Shown piece by piece: positions 26,740-34,495 of a DNA stretch of 37,090 nucleotides. The notes below the pieces were generated by a model that did no database searches, was not told the DNA's origin, and saw only the letters and a program-made list of their open reading frames with translations. Each line of letters opens with the position of its first letter. Position 1 is the stretch's first letter. Source of the DNA: a virus (Duplodnaviria > Caudoviricetes); the IMG/VR virus record IMGVR_UViG_3300037851_000312, positions 1-37,090 of that record; one strand, 5' to 3'. The translations under genes were made by a program, and so were the position numbers.

Positions 26740-26810
26740 TGTTACATTTTGGCAACGGCCAAAAAAAAGTAACAACAGGACTCGACAGGCGAAGCGATCG
26801 GACCGATACT
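26740..26810 (+). promoter_or_regulatory. Putative early promoter with inverted pair of boxes upstream
   Basis: TCGACA-N17-GATACT (26782-26810); GTTACATTTTGG 26741-26752 facing AAAAAAAGTAAC 26762-26773. Confidence 0.55.
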
Positions 26811-26852
26811 GGTCCCATCAACGAAGCACAAACAGGAGGCAGGAGGCCGACA

Positions 26853-27620
26853 ATGAAGAAGACCACGAAGACCACGAAGAAGACGCTCCTCGACGAACTC
26901 CTTGACGATCAGGCGAAGGCGATCGAGAAGGCGGCGGCGAAAAAGGCGAAGAAGGCCGCGAAGGCGAAGGGCGCGAGCGTCAGCGAGCTGGTCGACGCCG
27001 CTCCGTCGAAGTCGGCGGAGAAGAAGACCGAGGAAGCCGAGGCTGACAACCTGACCGCCGCGATCCTCGACGCCTCGGGGAGCGTCCTCGCGCTCGACGA
27101 GAAGATTCTCAGCGCGGCGCTGAAGCTCGCCGTCGAGGCCGAGCCGTTCACCACCGAGCGCATCGCGACTGACGCGCCGCTCGCCACCGTCCGGAAGGTT
27201 CTCGCCGCGTTCGCGGCGAACGGCCACATCACGCGGCTCGGCCTCGACCTCTGGGGCGCGAAGACGACGACGACCGCGCCGACGAAGACCGCGAAGACCG
27301 GCCCGACCGGCCCGCGCAAGCAGCGCCTCCCGGGCAACCTTCAGGCGGGCGCGAAGCTTCTGCCCACGTACGCGACGATCGTCTTTCGGTTCGTCAACTC
27401 GGAGTTTGGGTTCAAGGAAGTCGCCGCGATTGTCTGGGCGTTCGACGAGACGATCAGCGAGGAGCGGATCCGCGAGGCGATCACGCAGATGGAGCGGGGC
27501 GGCGTCGTCAAGCACGACCGCAACGCCCGCGTCTGGGCCGCGCCCGACTCGACGATCATGAACGAACTCGGCAAGGCGCTCGCCGAAGTCGCTCCGAAGG
27601 TCGTCGCCGTGATCGCGTAA
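26853..27620 (+). CDS. Lys/Ala-rich protein with two winged-helix-like domains
   Basis: Doubled SD (CAGGAGG x2); KAAAKKAKKAAKAK; VRKVLAAFAANGHI...LW and IREAITQMERGGVV...VW. Confidence 0.65.
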   Translation: MKKTTKTTKKTLLDELLDDQAKAIEKAAAKKAKKAAKAKGASVSELVDAAPSKSAEKKTEEAEADNLTAAILDASGSVLALDEKILSAALKLAVEAEPFTTERIATDAPLATVRKVLAAFAANGHITRLGLDLWGAKTTTTAPTKTAKTGPTGPRKQRLPGNLQAGAKLLPTYATIVFRFVNSEFGFKEVAAIVWAFDETISEERIREAITQMERGGVVKHDRNARVWAAPDSTIMNELGKALAEVAPKVVAVIA

Positions 27621-27643
27621 ACCGAGCCTATCGCCAAAAAGTA

Positions 27644-27679
27644 GCGAGACCCGCTGGCGCATTCAGCGGGTTTCGCTTA
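27644..27679 (+). terminator. Hairpin terminator
   Basis: gcgagacccgctg-gcgcatt-cagcgggtttcgc, weak U-tract. Confidence 0.6.
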
Positions 27680-27735
27680 TCATGGGGGCAACGATCGCGG
27701 ACGGACGCGGTCGCGCAAACAAGGAGGCCAAAATC

Positions 27736-27942
27736 ATGAAAAGCCCACCGAAGTACCCACACGTCACCGTCCGCCTCTCGGGGTCGGACGGCAACGCCTT
27801 CGCGATCGTCGGCGCCGTCCGGGCTGCGCTCGGGCGCAGCGGAGTTCCGAAGGACGCAATCGACGCTTTCGCCCGCGAGGCGACGGCTGGCGACTACGAC
27901 CACCTTCTTCAGGTCACCATGAGCACCGTCAACGTAAAATAG
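27736..27942 (+). CDS. Small conserved phage protein (DGNAF...GDYDHLL family)
   Basis: LSGSDGNAFAIVG...EATAGDYDHLLQ; strong SD. Confidence 0.8.
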   Translation: MKSPPKYPHVTVRLSGSDGNAFAIVGAVRAALGRSGVPKDAIDAFAREATAGDYDHLLQVTMSTVNVK

Positions 27943-27952
27943 GAGGCCGAAA

Positions 27953-28459
27953 ATGAGCGAACAAACGATTCTCATTCAACCGCTGCAACCGCGAGACGAC
28001 AACAATCGAGAGCGAGTCCCGGCCAACGAAAAGGCCGCGTGGACAAAGCTCGCCGCGATCTTCGCCCACGCCCTCGCAACGAAAAAGCAAACGCCGACGA
28101 GGCTGGCACGCCAGATGGGTTACGGGTCGACGGCGACCGTGTACGGGTTCCTCAAGGGGAACAACCCGGTTCCGTCGGACCGACTGCTCGCCGGAGCGGT
28201 TTGGCTCGGGATTGACCCGGAAGAAATCAAGCGGATCGCCCCCTATCACCACTCCCGGCACACCTATCCCTCATATCCGCCCGCCGCGCCCGTCGTGTCC
28301 GCGCCCGTCGTGTCCGTTCCGTGTCCCGTTCCGCCCGCCACGCTGGGCGCCCGCATCGACGCGATCGTCGGGGCGTTGCGCGGCCTTGACCGGGCGCAGA
28401 GGGGCAGGGTCATCGCGCTTGTCGAACTCGCGCTCGACGGCGTGGAGGAGGGGGAGTGA
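27953..28459 (+). CDS. Xre/Cro-C1 HTH transcriptional regulator
   Basis: TPTRLARQMGYGSTATVYGFLKGNNPVPSDRL...LGI; no S24 peptidase domain. Confidence 0.75.
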   Translation: MSEQTILIQPLQPRDDNNRERVPANEKAAWTKLAAIFAHALATKKQTPTRLARQMGYGSTATVYGFLKGNNPVPSDRLLAGAVWLGIDPEEIKRIAPYHHSRHTYPSYPPAAPVVSAPVVSVPCPVPPATLGARIDAIVGALRGLDRAQRGRVIALVELALDGVEEGE

Positions 28460-28611
28460 CAAAGGCAGAACGAATCGCCGACCTGATTCGAAAGCTGGAG
28501 GCGCACCGGGCCTCCGGCGCGGCGGCGGGTCGTCGGGTCGACTTGTCCGGGCGGGCGATCGACGGCAAACCCGCCGCCGGTCGTCGCCGGATCACACGAG
28601 CCAGAGCATGA
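28456..28611 (+). CDS. 51-aa basic peptide coupling HTH gene to terminase
   Basis: GTGA overlap at start, ATGA overlap at end. Confidence 0.5.
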   Translation: MTKAERIADLIRKLEAHRASGAAAGRRVDLSGRAIDGKPAAGRRRITRARA

Positions 28612-28639
28612 GCATGAGCCAGAGCATGAGCCAGAGGAT
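28598..28639 (+). repeat. Hexamer tandem array GAGCCA/GAGCAT x7
   Basis: gagcca gagcat gagcat gagcca gagcat gagcca gaggat. Confidence 0.9.
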
Positions 28640-29936
28640 GCTCATCCTTCCGCCGTTGTGGTCGGCTCCGTCTGCCGGGGCCGACCAGCGGCGGTTCATC
28701 ACGGCGCCCCAGCGGATCTCGATCGCCGCGACCGGGACGAAAACCGGGAAAACGCTCGGTTGCGCGATCTGGATCCTATCCATGGCGACGAATACTCCCA
28801 ACTCCCTGTGGTGGTGGGTGGCGCCGTCGCACTATCAGGCCGGGATCGGATTCGACCGGGTCCGCTCGATGGTTCCGCCAAAAATGGCGAAGATCAACCT
28901 CGCAACGAGGACGATCGTTTTACCAAACGGGGCGACAATCGAGTTTAAGACTGGCGACAAGCCAAACCTTCTGTTTGGCGCCGCCGTCAACGGCGCGGTG
29001 TTCGACGAGGCCTCGCGAGTGAAGCAGGAGGCGTGGACGGCATTGATGACCACGCTCGCACAGACCCGGGGACCGGTGCGGGTCGCGTCAAACACGGATC
29101 GGGGGAAGTCCAATTGGTTCTTCGGACTCTACTGTCGCGGCCTCGACCCGGCGTTCCCGGACTACGCGTCGTGGTCAATGAAGTCTCACGAGAACCCCTA
29201 CAACCCGCCGGAGCTTGCCGCCGATCTTCGCGCAGCGCTGCCGGAATCCGCCTATCAAGCGCTGGTCGAGGCGGAGTTCCCGGACGACGCCTTGACGGTG
29301 TTTCGCGGGATCCGGACGGCGCCGCCGATCGATCTCGCGACCTTGCCTCGCATCACGGAGCCGCGCAACGACACCGCCTACACGATCGGGGTCGACCTCG
29401 CGAAAAAACGGGACTACACCGTGATTACGACGCTGGATAGTCGCTCCTTCGACCTCGCCTACTGGCGGCGGTTTTCCGGCGTCATGTGGGAAACCCAAAT
29501 GGAGGTCGTTGCGTCCGTGTCCCGTGACTACAACCGGGCCTTGACGCTGGTGGATTCGACCGGCGTCGGCGACCCGATCTTCGAACGACTGCAACTGATG
29601 GGTACGAACGTCGAGGGGTATCAATTCACGTCGGCGTCGAAGCAACGATTGATCAACAAGCTGGCGCTCGGCATCGAGGCCGGAGACGTGCGGATCCCCG
29701 AGAATCTCGACGTGTTGTTGGCCGAGCTGCGCGGCTACGAGTACGGCGTGTCCTCCGCCGGGGCGGTGCAGTACCAGACGCCGCACCTGCCCGGTCACGC
29801 CGACGCCGTGATTTCGCTGGCGCTCGCCTACTGGGCCGCCGCCAACCCGTTCGCCGTAGGCTACGCCGGGGCGCCGCGCGACGGCGCCAGCGTCGCAGAG
29901 CAGCGGCGCTGGAAAGACCGTGGCCGGGGATTCTGA
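28608..29936 (+). CDS. terL: Terminase large subunit
   Basis: Walker A GTKTGKT, WWVAP, Walker B AVFDEA, NPY, GVDLAKKRDYTV, DSTGVGD. Confidence 0.93.
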   Translation: MSMSQSMSQRMLILPPLWSAPSAGADQRRFITAPQRISIAATGTKTGKTLGCAIWILSMATNTPNSLWWWVAPSHYQAGIGFDRVRSMVPPKMAKINLATRTIVLPNGATIEFKTGDKPNLLFGAAVNGAVFDEASRVKQEAWTALMTTLAQTRGPVRVASNTDRGKSNWFFGLYCRGLDPAFPDYASWSMKSHENPYNPPELAADLRAALPESAYQALVEAEFPDDALTVFRGIRTAPPIDLATLPRITEPRNDTAYTIGVDLAKKRDYTVITTLDSRSFDLAYWRRFSGVMWETQMEVVASVSRDYNRALTLVDSTGVGDPIFERLQLMGTNVEGYQFTSASKQRLINKLALGIEAGDVRIPENLDVLLAELRGYEYGVSSAGAVQYQTPHLPGHADAVISLALAYWAAANPFAVGYAGAPRDGASVAEQRRWKDRGRGF

Positions 29937-29949
29937 CCCGGCGTGAGGG

Positions 29950-29974
29950 TGGTACGATTAGCGGCGGGAGGTAT
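29950..29974 (+). promoter_or_regulatory. Extended -10 and SD before portal
   Basis: TG-G-TACGAT (29950-29958), GGGAGGT. Confidence 0.4.
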
Positions 29975-29976
29975 CC

Positions 29977-31698
29977 ATGCCGCTCTATCTGGACACGCGT
30001 GAACGTTACCGACCGGCGGCGCCGCCGAAGCGGGTCTTCGACCCTCGGGTAGAGGACCGCACGCAGGAGTTTTCGCGCCCGCTCAAGCCCGAGGACATCG
30101 CGTCAGCGTTGCGGGCCGCCGAGGCGGGCGACCTTCACGCTCAGGCGGACCTGTTTGAGAGGATGGAAGAGACGGACGCGGCCTTGGCCGGGTTCATGAT
30201 GACGCGCCGCCTCGCCGTCGTGAAGCAACCGTGGAAGATCGTTCAAGCCGACGATTCGCCCGACGCAAAGCGGGCGGCGGACTACGCCGGGGCGGTTCTG
30301 CGCATGATCCCGGGGTTCCGGTCGGCAATGACGGCTGCCCTCGACGCGATCGGGAAAGGGCTGGCGGCGGTCTCGATTGTCTGGGGCGTCCGACGCGTGT
30401 CAGGCTACGCCGGGCCGGAACGGAGCGTTCCGGTGGGGTTGCGGTACATCCATCCGAAGCGGTACCAGTTCCACTGGCAGTCGGAAACGTTCCTGATCAT
30501 TCCCGACGACGACACGTCGCAGGGAATCGAGCCGGAACCGTACTCGGTCCTGATCCATCGCCCGATGTCGAGGCCGAGCCACCCATCGCGCGGCGGCGTC
30601 CTCCGGACGATCGTCTGGGCGTACCTTTTCCGCAACTACGCCCTGAAGGACTGGGTGATCTTTTCCGAGGTGTTCGGTATGCCGGTCCGGATCGGGAAAT
30701 ACCCGGCGAACGCTCGCGAGCAAGACAAGCAGGAGCTACTGGACGCCCTGCGGTCGATCGGCGCCGACGCGGTCGGGGTCATCTCGAAAAACGTCGAGCT
30801 TGACATACTCGCCGCTGCCGATCGGGGGAAATCGCCGTACGCAGAGCTTCACCGGGCGATGGAACGGCAGATGGCCTTGGCCATCCTCGGGCAGGATCAG
30901 ACGAACACGCAAAACGAATTCGGCTCGCGAGCGCAAACCGAGGCGGGCGGCGCCTTGATCAGGCAGGACATTCTGGAAGCCGACTGCGAAGACCTTCAAG
31001 AATCGCTGCGCTGGGATCTCGTCAGACCGATCGTCGGCTTCGGCCTCGGGTGGGATCTCGCCGACAACGTCCTCCCGGAGTTTCGGTTCGCGTACGAGCC
31101 GGAAAAAGACCTGAAGACCCTCGCCGAGGTCCACCGCGTGTTGCTCGCACCGGTCGCCGGTGGCGGGTTGGGTCTCGGCGCCCACGTTCGTCGGTCGGAC
31201 CTTGCGACAATCTACAACCTACCTCTGGCGCCGGACGGGACGCCCGAGGACGAGCTACTCATCCCCCCGGAGGCGCCCGCTCCCGCGCCCGCTCCCGCTC
31301 CCGCGCCCGCTCCCGTGGCGCCGCCGTTGCCGGTTCCGGACGTTGCCGGGGAAAAAGCGGCGGTGTTCACGCCGCAACTCGCGAAACGTTACGCCGCCGC
31401 CGCCGCCGATCCGGCGCAGATCGAACTGGACGACTACGCCGCGCGGGCGATCGACAAAGCGGAAGAGGCGTTCCAATCGTTGACGGCGCCGCTTCAGGCG
31501 CTCGTTCTGTCGGCGAAATCCTACGAGGATCTCGAAAAGCGTTTGTCGCGCGTGTTTGATTTGATGCCGCGCGACCAGTACGAGGCGGTTCTTCGCCGGA
31601 CCATGTACGTGGCCGGACTATTCGGCGCGGTCACGGCGCGGATGCGGACCGCTGCCGCCGGGGGGACGACGACCGAAGGCGACGACACCACCGCATAA
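29977..31698 (+). CDS. Portal protein, Mu gp29 / DUF935 family
   Basis: AEAGDL..QADLFERM, TRRLAV, GVLR...W.YLF.NY..KDW..F.EVFGMP.RIGKY, ILGQ. Confidence 0.93.
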   Translation: MPLYLDTRERYRPAAPPKRVFDPRVEDRTQEFSRPLKPEDIASALRAAEAGDLHAQADLFERMEETDAALAGFMMTRRLAVVKQPWKIVQADDSPDAKRAADYAGAVLRMIPGFRSAMTAALDAIGKGLAAVSIVWGVRRVSGYAGPERSVPVGLRYIHPKRYQFHWQSETFLIIPDDDTSQGIEPEPYSVLIHRPMSRPSHPSRGGVLRTIVWAYLFRNYALKDWVIFSEVFGMPVRIGKYPANAREQDKQELLDALRSIGADAVGVISKNVELDILAAADRGKSPYAELHRAMERQMALAILGQDQTNTQNEFGSRAQTEAGGALIRQDILEADCEDLQESLRWDLVRPIVGFGLGWDLADNVLPEFRFAYEPEKDLKTLAEVHRVLLAPVAGGGLGLGAHVRRSDLATIYNLPLAPDGTPEDELLIPPEAPAPAPAPAPAPAPVAPPLPVPDVAGEKAAVFTPQLAKRYAAAAADPAQIELDDYAARAIDKAEEAFQSLTAPLQALVLSAKSYEDLEKRLSRVFDLMPRDQYEAVLRRTMYVAGLFGAVTARMRTAAAGGTTTEGDDTTA

Positions 31699-31707
31699 GG
31701 GGCGCTC

Positions 31708-33996
31708 GTGGCAAAACCGAAGAAACCGAAGAAACCCGCGTCGCCCTCGCCGTACTGGCCGACGGTCAAAGGGGCGGATTCCATCCCGCTCCCAGACGAT
31801 CCGACACTTACGTTCCACGAGGCGCGGGCGTTTTTGAACTCGCTCAATGTGAGATACCTCGGAGGGGCGTCGTTCGATCAAATTGCGAAAACGATGGACC
31901 TGAGCGAATTCGCGAAGGCGTGGTCGTTCGCGGTCGCCTACACGACGAGCGCCACAGCGGTGATCGAGATTCGCGAGGGGCTGAAGGCGGCGATTGCGGA
32001 GGGGTTGACCCTCGCGGAGTTCAAGGCGCAGTTCGCGGCGCACTTCGGCCCGAGGTCGTCGGCGGCGCACATCGAGACGGTCTTCAGGACGAATCTTCAA
32101 CGCGCCTACGGGCAGGGGCAACTTGTCTGGTACCGCGCCGTGGCGGACGAGTTTGACGTATGGGAGTATCAGGCGATCGACGACACGCGGGTGCGTCCGG
32201 CGCACCTCGCGTTTGACGGGCGAATGATCCCCGCCGCCGATCCGTTCTGGCAAACCTACTTCCCGCCGTGGGCGTTCAATTGCCGGTGCTCGATTCGCCC
32301 GTTGCGGTCCGCCGACCTTCCCCCGGAAAAGATCACGACGGGCGACAAGGCGACCGTTCAGGCCATGCAGTCCATCACGGCGGGGTTACCGCCCGACAAA
32401 GCGCTGAAGGCTATCGAGACGCTTCGTCCGTCGATAGCCGGGCCGGGCCAGACGCTGACCGCTGAGGAGTGGCTCTCGACCGTGAAGCTTCCGGTCGACT
32501 GGGCGGCTCAGGCGGCTCAGGCGCTCGGATCGTTTTTGACCGACCCGGACCTGATCGCCGCTGTTGACGCCGCCGAGGATGTCGTCGACGCGGCAAAGGT
32601 GAAAAAGGCGGTCGCGACCGCGAAGAATCGGATGGGCGTCGAGGATCCGTTTGCGATCGACACGCCGCTGGAAGATTTCGGTTCGATCGATTTCGCGAAC
32701 AACCACCGTCGTGGCTGGGGGTTCGCGTCCGACGGCGATTCCGTCGAAAACTTCAATTTGCAGGTGCAACTCCGCTACGACGGTCGGACGGGCGTGCGGT
32801 ACTACGAGTTTTCCGGGCGCCTCACGCAAAACGCCCAGAACGATATGGTGCGGTACATGGAGGATCAAGGCTGGCGGCGGGAACAATTCAGGCAGACGCA
32901 CGGACTCCTGCGCGAGGAGGCGGACGGAGCCATCGCGTTCCCGGGCGAATACGACGCGACATCGAGCGGGAGCGCCCGAGGGATGCTTCGCCCGATCGAC
33001 GCGACTCGATCGGCGAAGCTGCAAGTGTCCGACAAAACGTGGGGCGTCCATGCCCGCACGGCCGAAACGTATTGTCCCGCCGGAAACGAGCCGTTGGGAG
33101 CAATCGGGGATTTCCGGATCACGATTCCGAAGGGGGCGAACGCCGCCGACGACTACGCCGCCCTCCGCGCCGCAGTCGAGGGGACGCCGCTGGAAAAGAT
33201 CCTCGCGGCGCCGACGCAGGACGACTACGACCGGTTCCGGATCATCCGCGAGTACTGCACCCGAAATCCGACGAGACAAGTGCCGCCGTCGTGGCACAGC
33301 ATGAACATCGCAACGCTGCGGAAAAAGGCCGACGAACTGGTCCCGGCGTGGCGGAAGGTCACAGTCGAGTGGGATCCGCAGTTGCGCCGCTACGTCCCCT
33401 TGCGACCGCGTGACTGGGATACGGCGCTGCGGGAAAGGGCCATGGGGTTCTACGGCGTGGGATCAAAAACGAACGGCCAGACTGTCGCCTCCATGATCGA
33501 GCAGGAAAACTTTCTGCCGTCCAAGGAGGTGTCCCGGCGCGGGTTCGGACACCTCAACCCGGAGGATCTCTCTACTGGCGGGAACGACTCGATGTTTACG
33601 CGAATCTTCGACAAGGGCGTGCACGGCGGGCGAGGGATGACGTTCCACGCGGCTGGCGGGCGATGGAACTTCGAAATTGACCCGGTAGTGTTCGACGCGA
33701 TTGACACCTATGCCTTCAACGGCGACCACTACGGCAACGCGTCAGCCGCCTACATGAAAAGTCGCCTCGCACTGGACGAATTGTTCGGGACGAAGAACCT
33801 TGCCAACCTCGCCGGGTCAAACGAGGCCATGATCCGGCGCGGGATTCCGTTGCGACACATCCGCCGGTGCTTTGCGCGGGACTACGCCGCGAAAGCGGAG
33901 CTGATTGCGGAATTGGCGAAGCGTGGAATCACGCATGTGAACGGTCAGGCCGTCGAAAAGTGGATTGAGATCCGCACGACGTTGCCGTCGTTTTGA
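31708..33996 (+). CDS. MuF (Mu gp30/SPP1 gp7) minor head protein with long C-terminal extension, ART-like end domain
   Basis: HIETVFRTN..AY, WEYQAIDDTRVRPAH, PPWAFNCRC in first ~195 aa; ~570 extra aa. Confidence 0.88.
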   Translation: MAKPKKPKKPASPSPYWPTVKGADSIPLPDDPTLTFHEARAFLNSLNVRYLGGASFDQIAKTMDLSEFAKAWSFAVAYTTSATAVIEIREGLKAAIAEGLTLAEFKAQFAAHFGPRSSAAHIETVFRTNLQRAYGQGQLVWYRAVADEFDVWEYQAIDDTRVRPAHLAFDGRMIPAADPFWQTYFPPWAFNCRCSIRPLRSADLPPEKITTGDKATVQAMQSITAGLPPDKALKAIETLRPSIAGPGQTLTAEEWLSTVKLPVDWAAQAAQALGSFLTDPDLIAAVDAAEDVVDAAKVKKAVATAKNRMGVEDPFAIDTPLEDFGSIDFANNHRRGWGFASDGDSVENFNLQVQLRYDGRTGVRYYEFSGRLTQNAQNDMVRYMEDQGWRREQFRQTHGLLREEADGAIAFPGEYDATSSGSARGMLRPIDATRSAKLQVSDKTWGVHARTAETYCPAGNEPLGAIGDFRITIPKGANAADDYAALRAAVEGTPLEKILAAPTQDDYDRFRIIREYCTRNPTRQVPPSWHSMNIATLRKKADELVPAWRKVTVEWDPQLRRYVPLRPRDWDTALRERAMGFYGVGSKTNGQTVASMIEQENFLPSKEVSRRGFGHLNPEDLSTGGNDSMFTRIFDKGVHGGRGMTFHAAGGRWNFEIDPVVFDAIDTYAFNGDHYGNASAAYMKSRLALDELFGTKNLANLAGSNEAMIRRGIPLRHIRRCFARDYAAKAELIAELAKRGITHVNGQAVEKWIEIRTTLPSF

Positions 33997-34054
33997 TCCC
34001 CCCCCCCTCCTATCCCGCCGGAAGGGCGTCGCGGCGGGGGGGTATGCTTAAGTG

Positions 34055-34384
34055 ATGGAGCCAACGACGACGATGAAGCCAGCGCTTTTCCCCATCGAGT
34101 CTTTGCCGCTACGGGCCGTCACGACGCCCGTGGCCGTTCTCGTCTGGTCGGGCGACGACGACCCTTCGCCCGACCCGGATCCCGCCCCGTGCTACGTGTA
34201 CGACGCCGAGAACGGGTCGCTGGGTTACGGCATCGACAGCCCGTGGAACATGCGCGAGCATTTCCTCTTCGTCGAATCGATCGCCGTCGACACGCCGGAG
34301 CTTTGCGAGGGCGTCGCGCGGATCGGCGACCGGGAGACGGGGGAGAGAAAGCGGTTCCGGCTCCGCCGTCTCGTTGTAGAATGA
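34055..34384 (+). CDS. Small acidic protein, candidate immunity protein
   Basis: Directly after MuF fusion; TATGCT 34043-34048 six nt before ATG; no SD; start may be 34052, 34055 or 34073. Confidence 0.55.
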   Translation: MEPTTTMKPALFPIESLPLRAVTTPVAVLVWSGDDDPSPDPDPAPCYVYDAENGSLGYGIDSPWNMREHFLFVESIAVDTPELCEGVARIGDRETGERKRFRLRRLVVE

Positions 34385-34389
34385 CGGAC

Positions 34390-34456
34390 CGGGCGGCGGC
34401 GCGGCTCGCGCCTTTGCACCGATGGATCGGCCTCCTTTCGTTGCCGCCGCCGCCCG
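34390..34456 (+). ncRNA. Candidate structured RNA presenting anti-SD CCUCCUUU
   Basis: 12-bp perfect stem 34390-34401/34445-34456 enclosing tcggcctcctttc. Confidence 0.3.
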
Positions 34457-34495
34457 TGAGTTGATTTTCGTTCTTGTTCGTGTTCAATTTATCTC

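Noticed and set aside
28212-28607. N-terminal extension of terL in the ORF track
   Set aside because: Overlaps the HTH gene and the 51-aa ORF in other frames; ATGA-coupled start at 28608 fits better
31273-31320. (PA)n repeat in portal
   Set aside because: Ordinary low-complexity linker before the portal C-terminal domain
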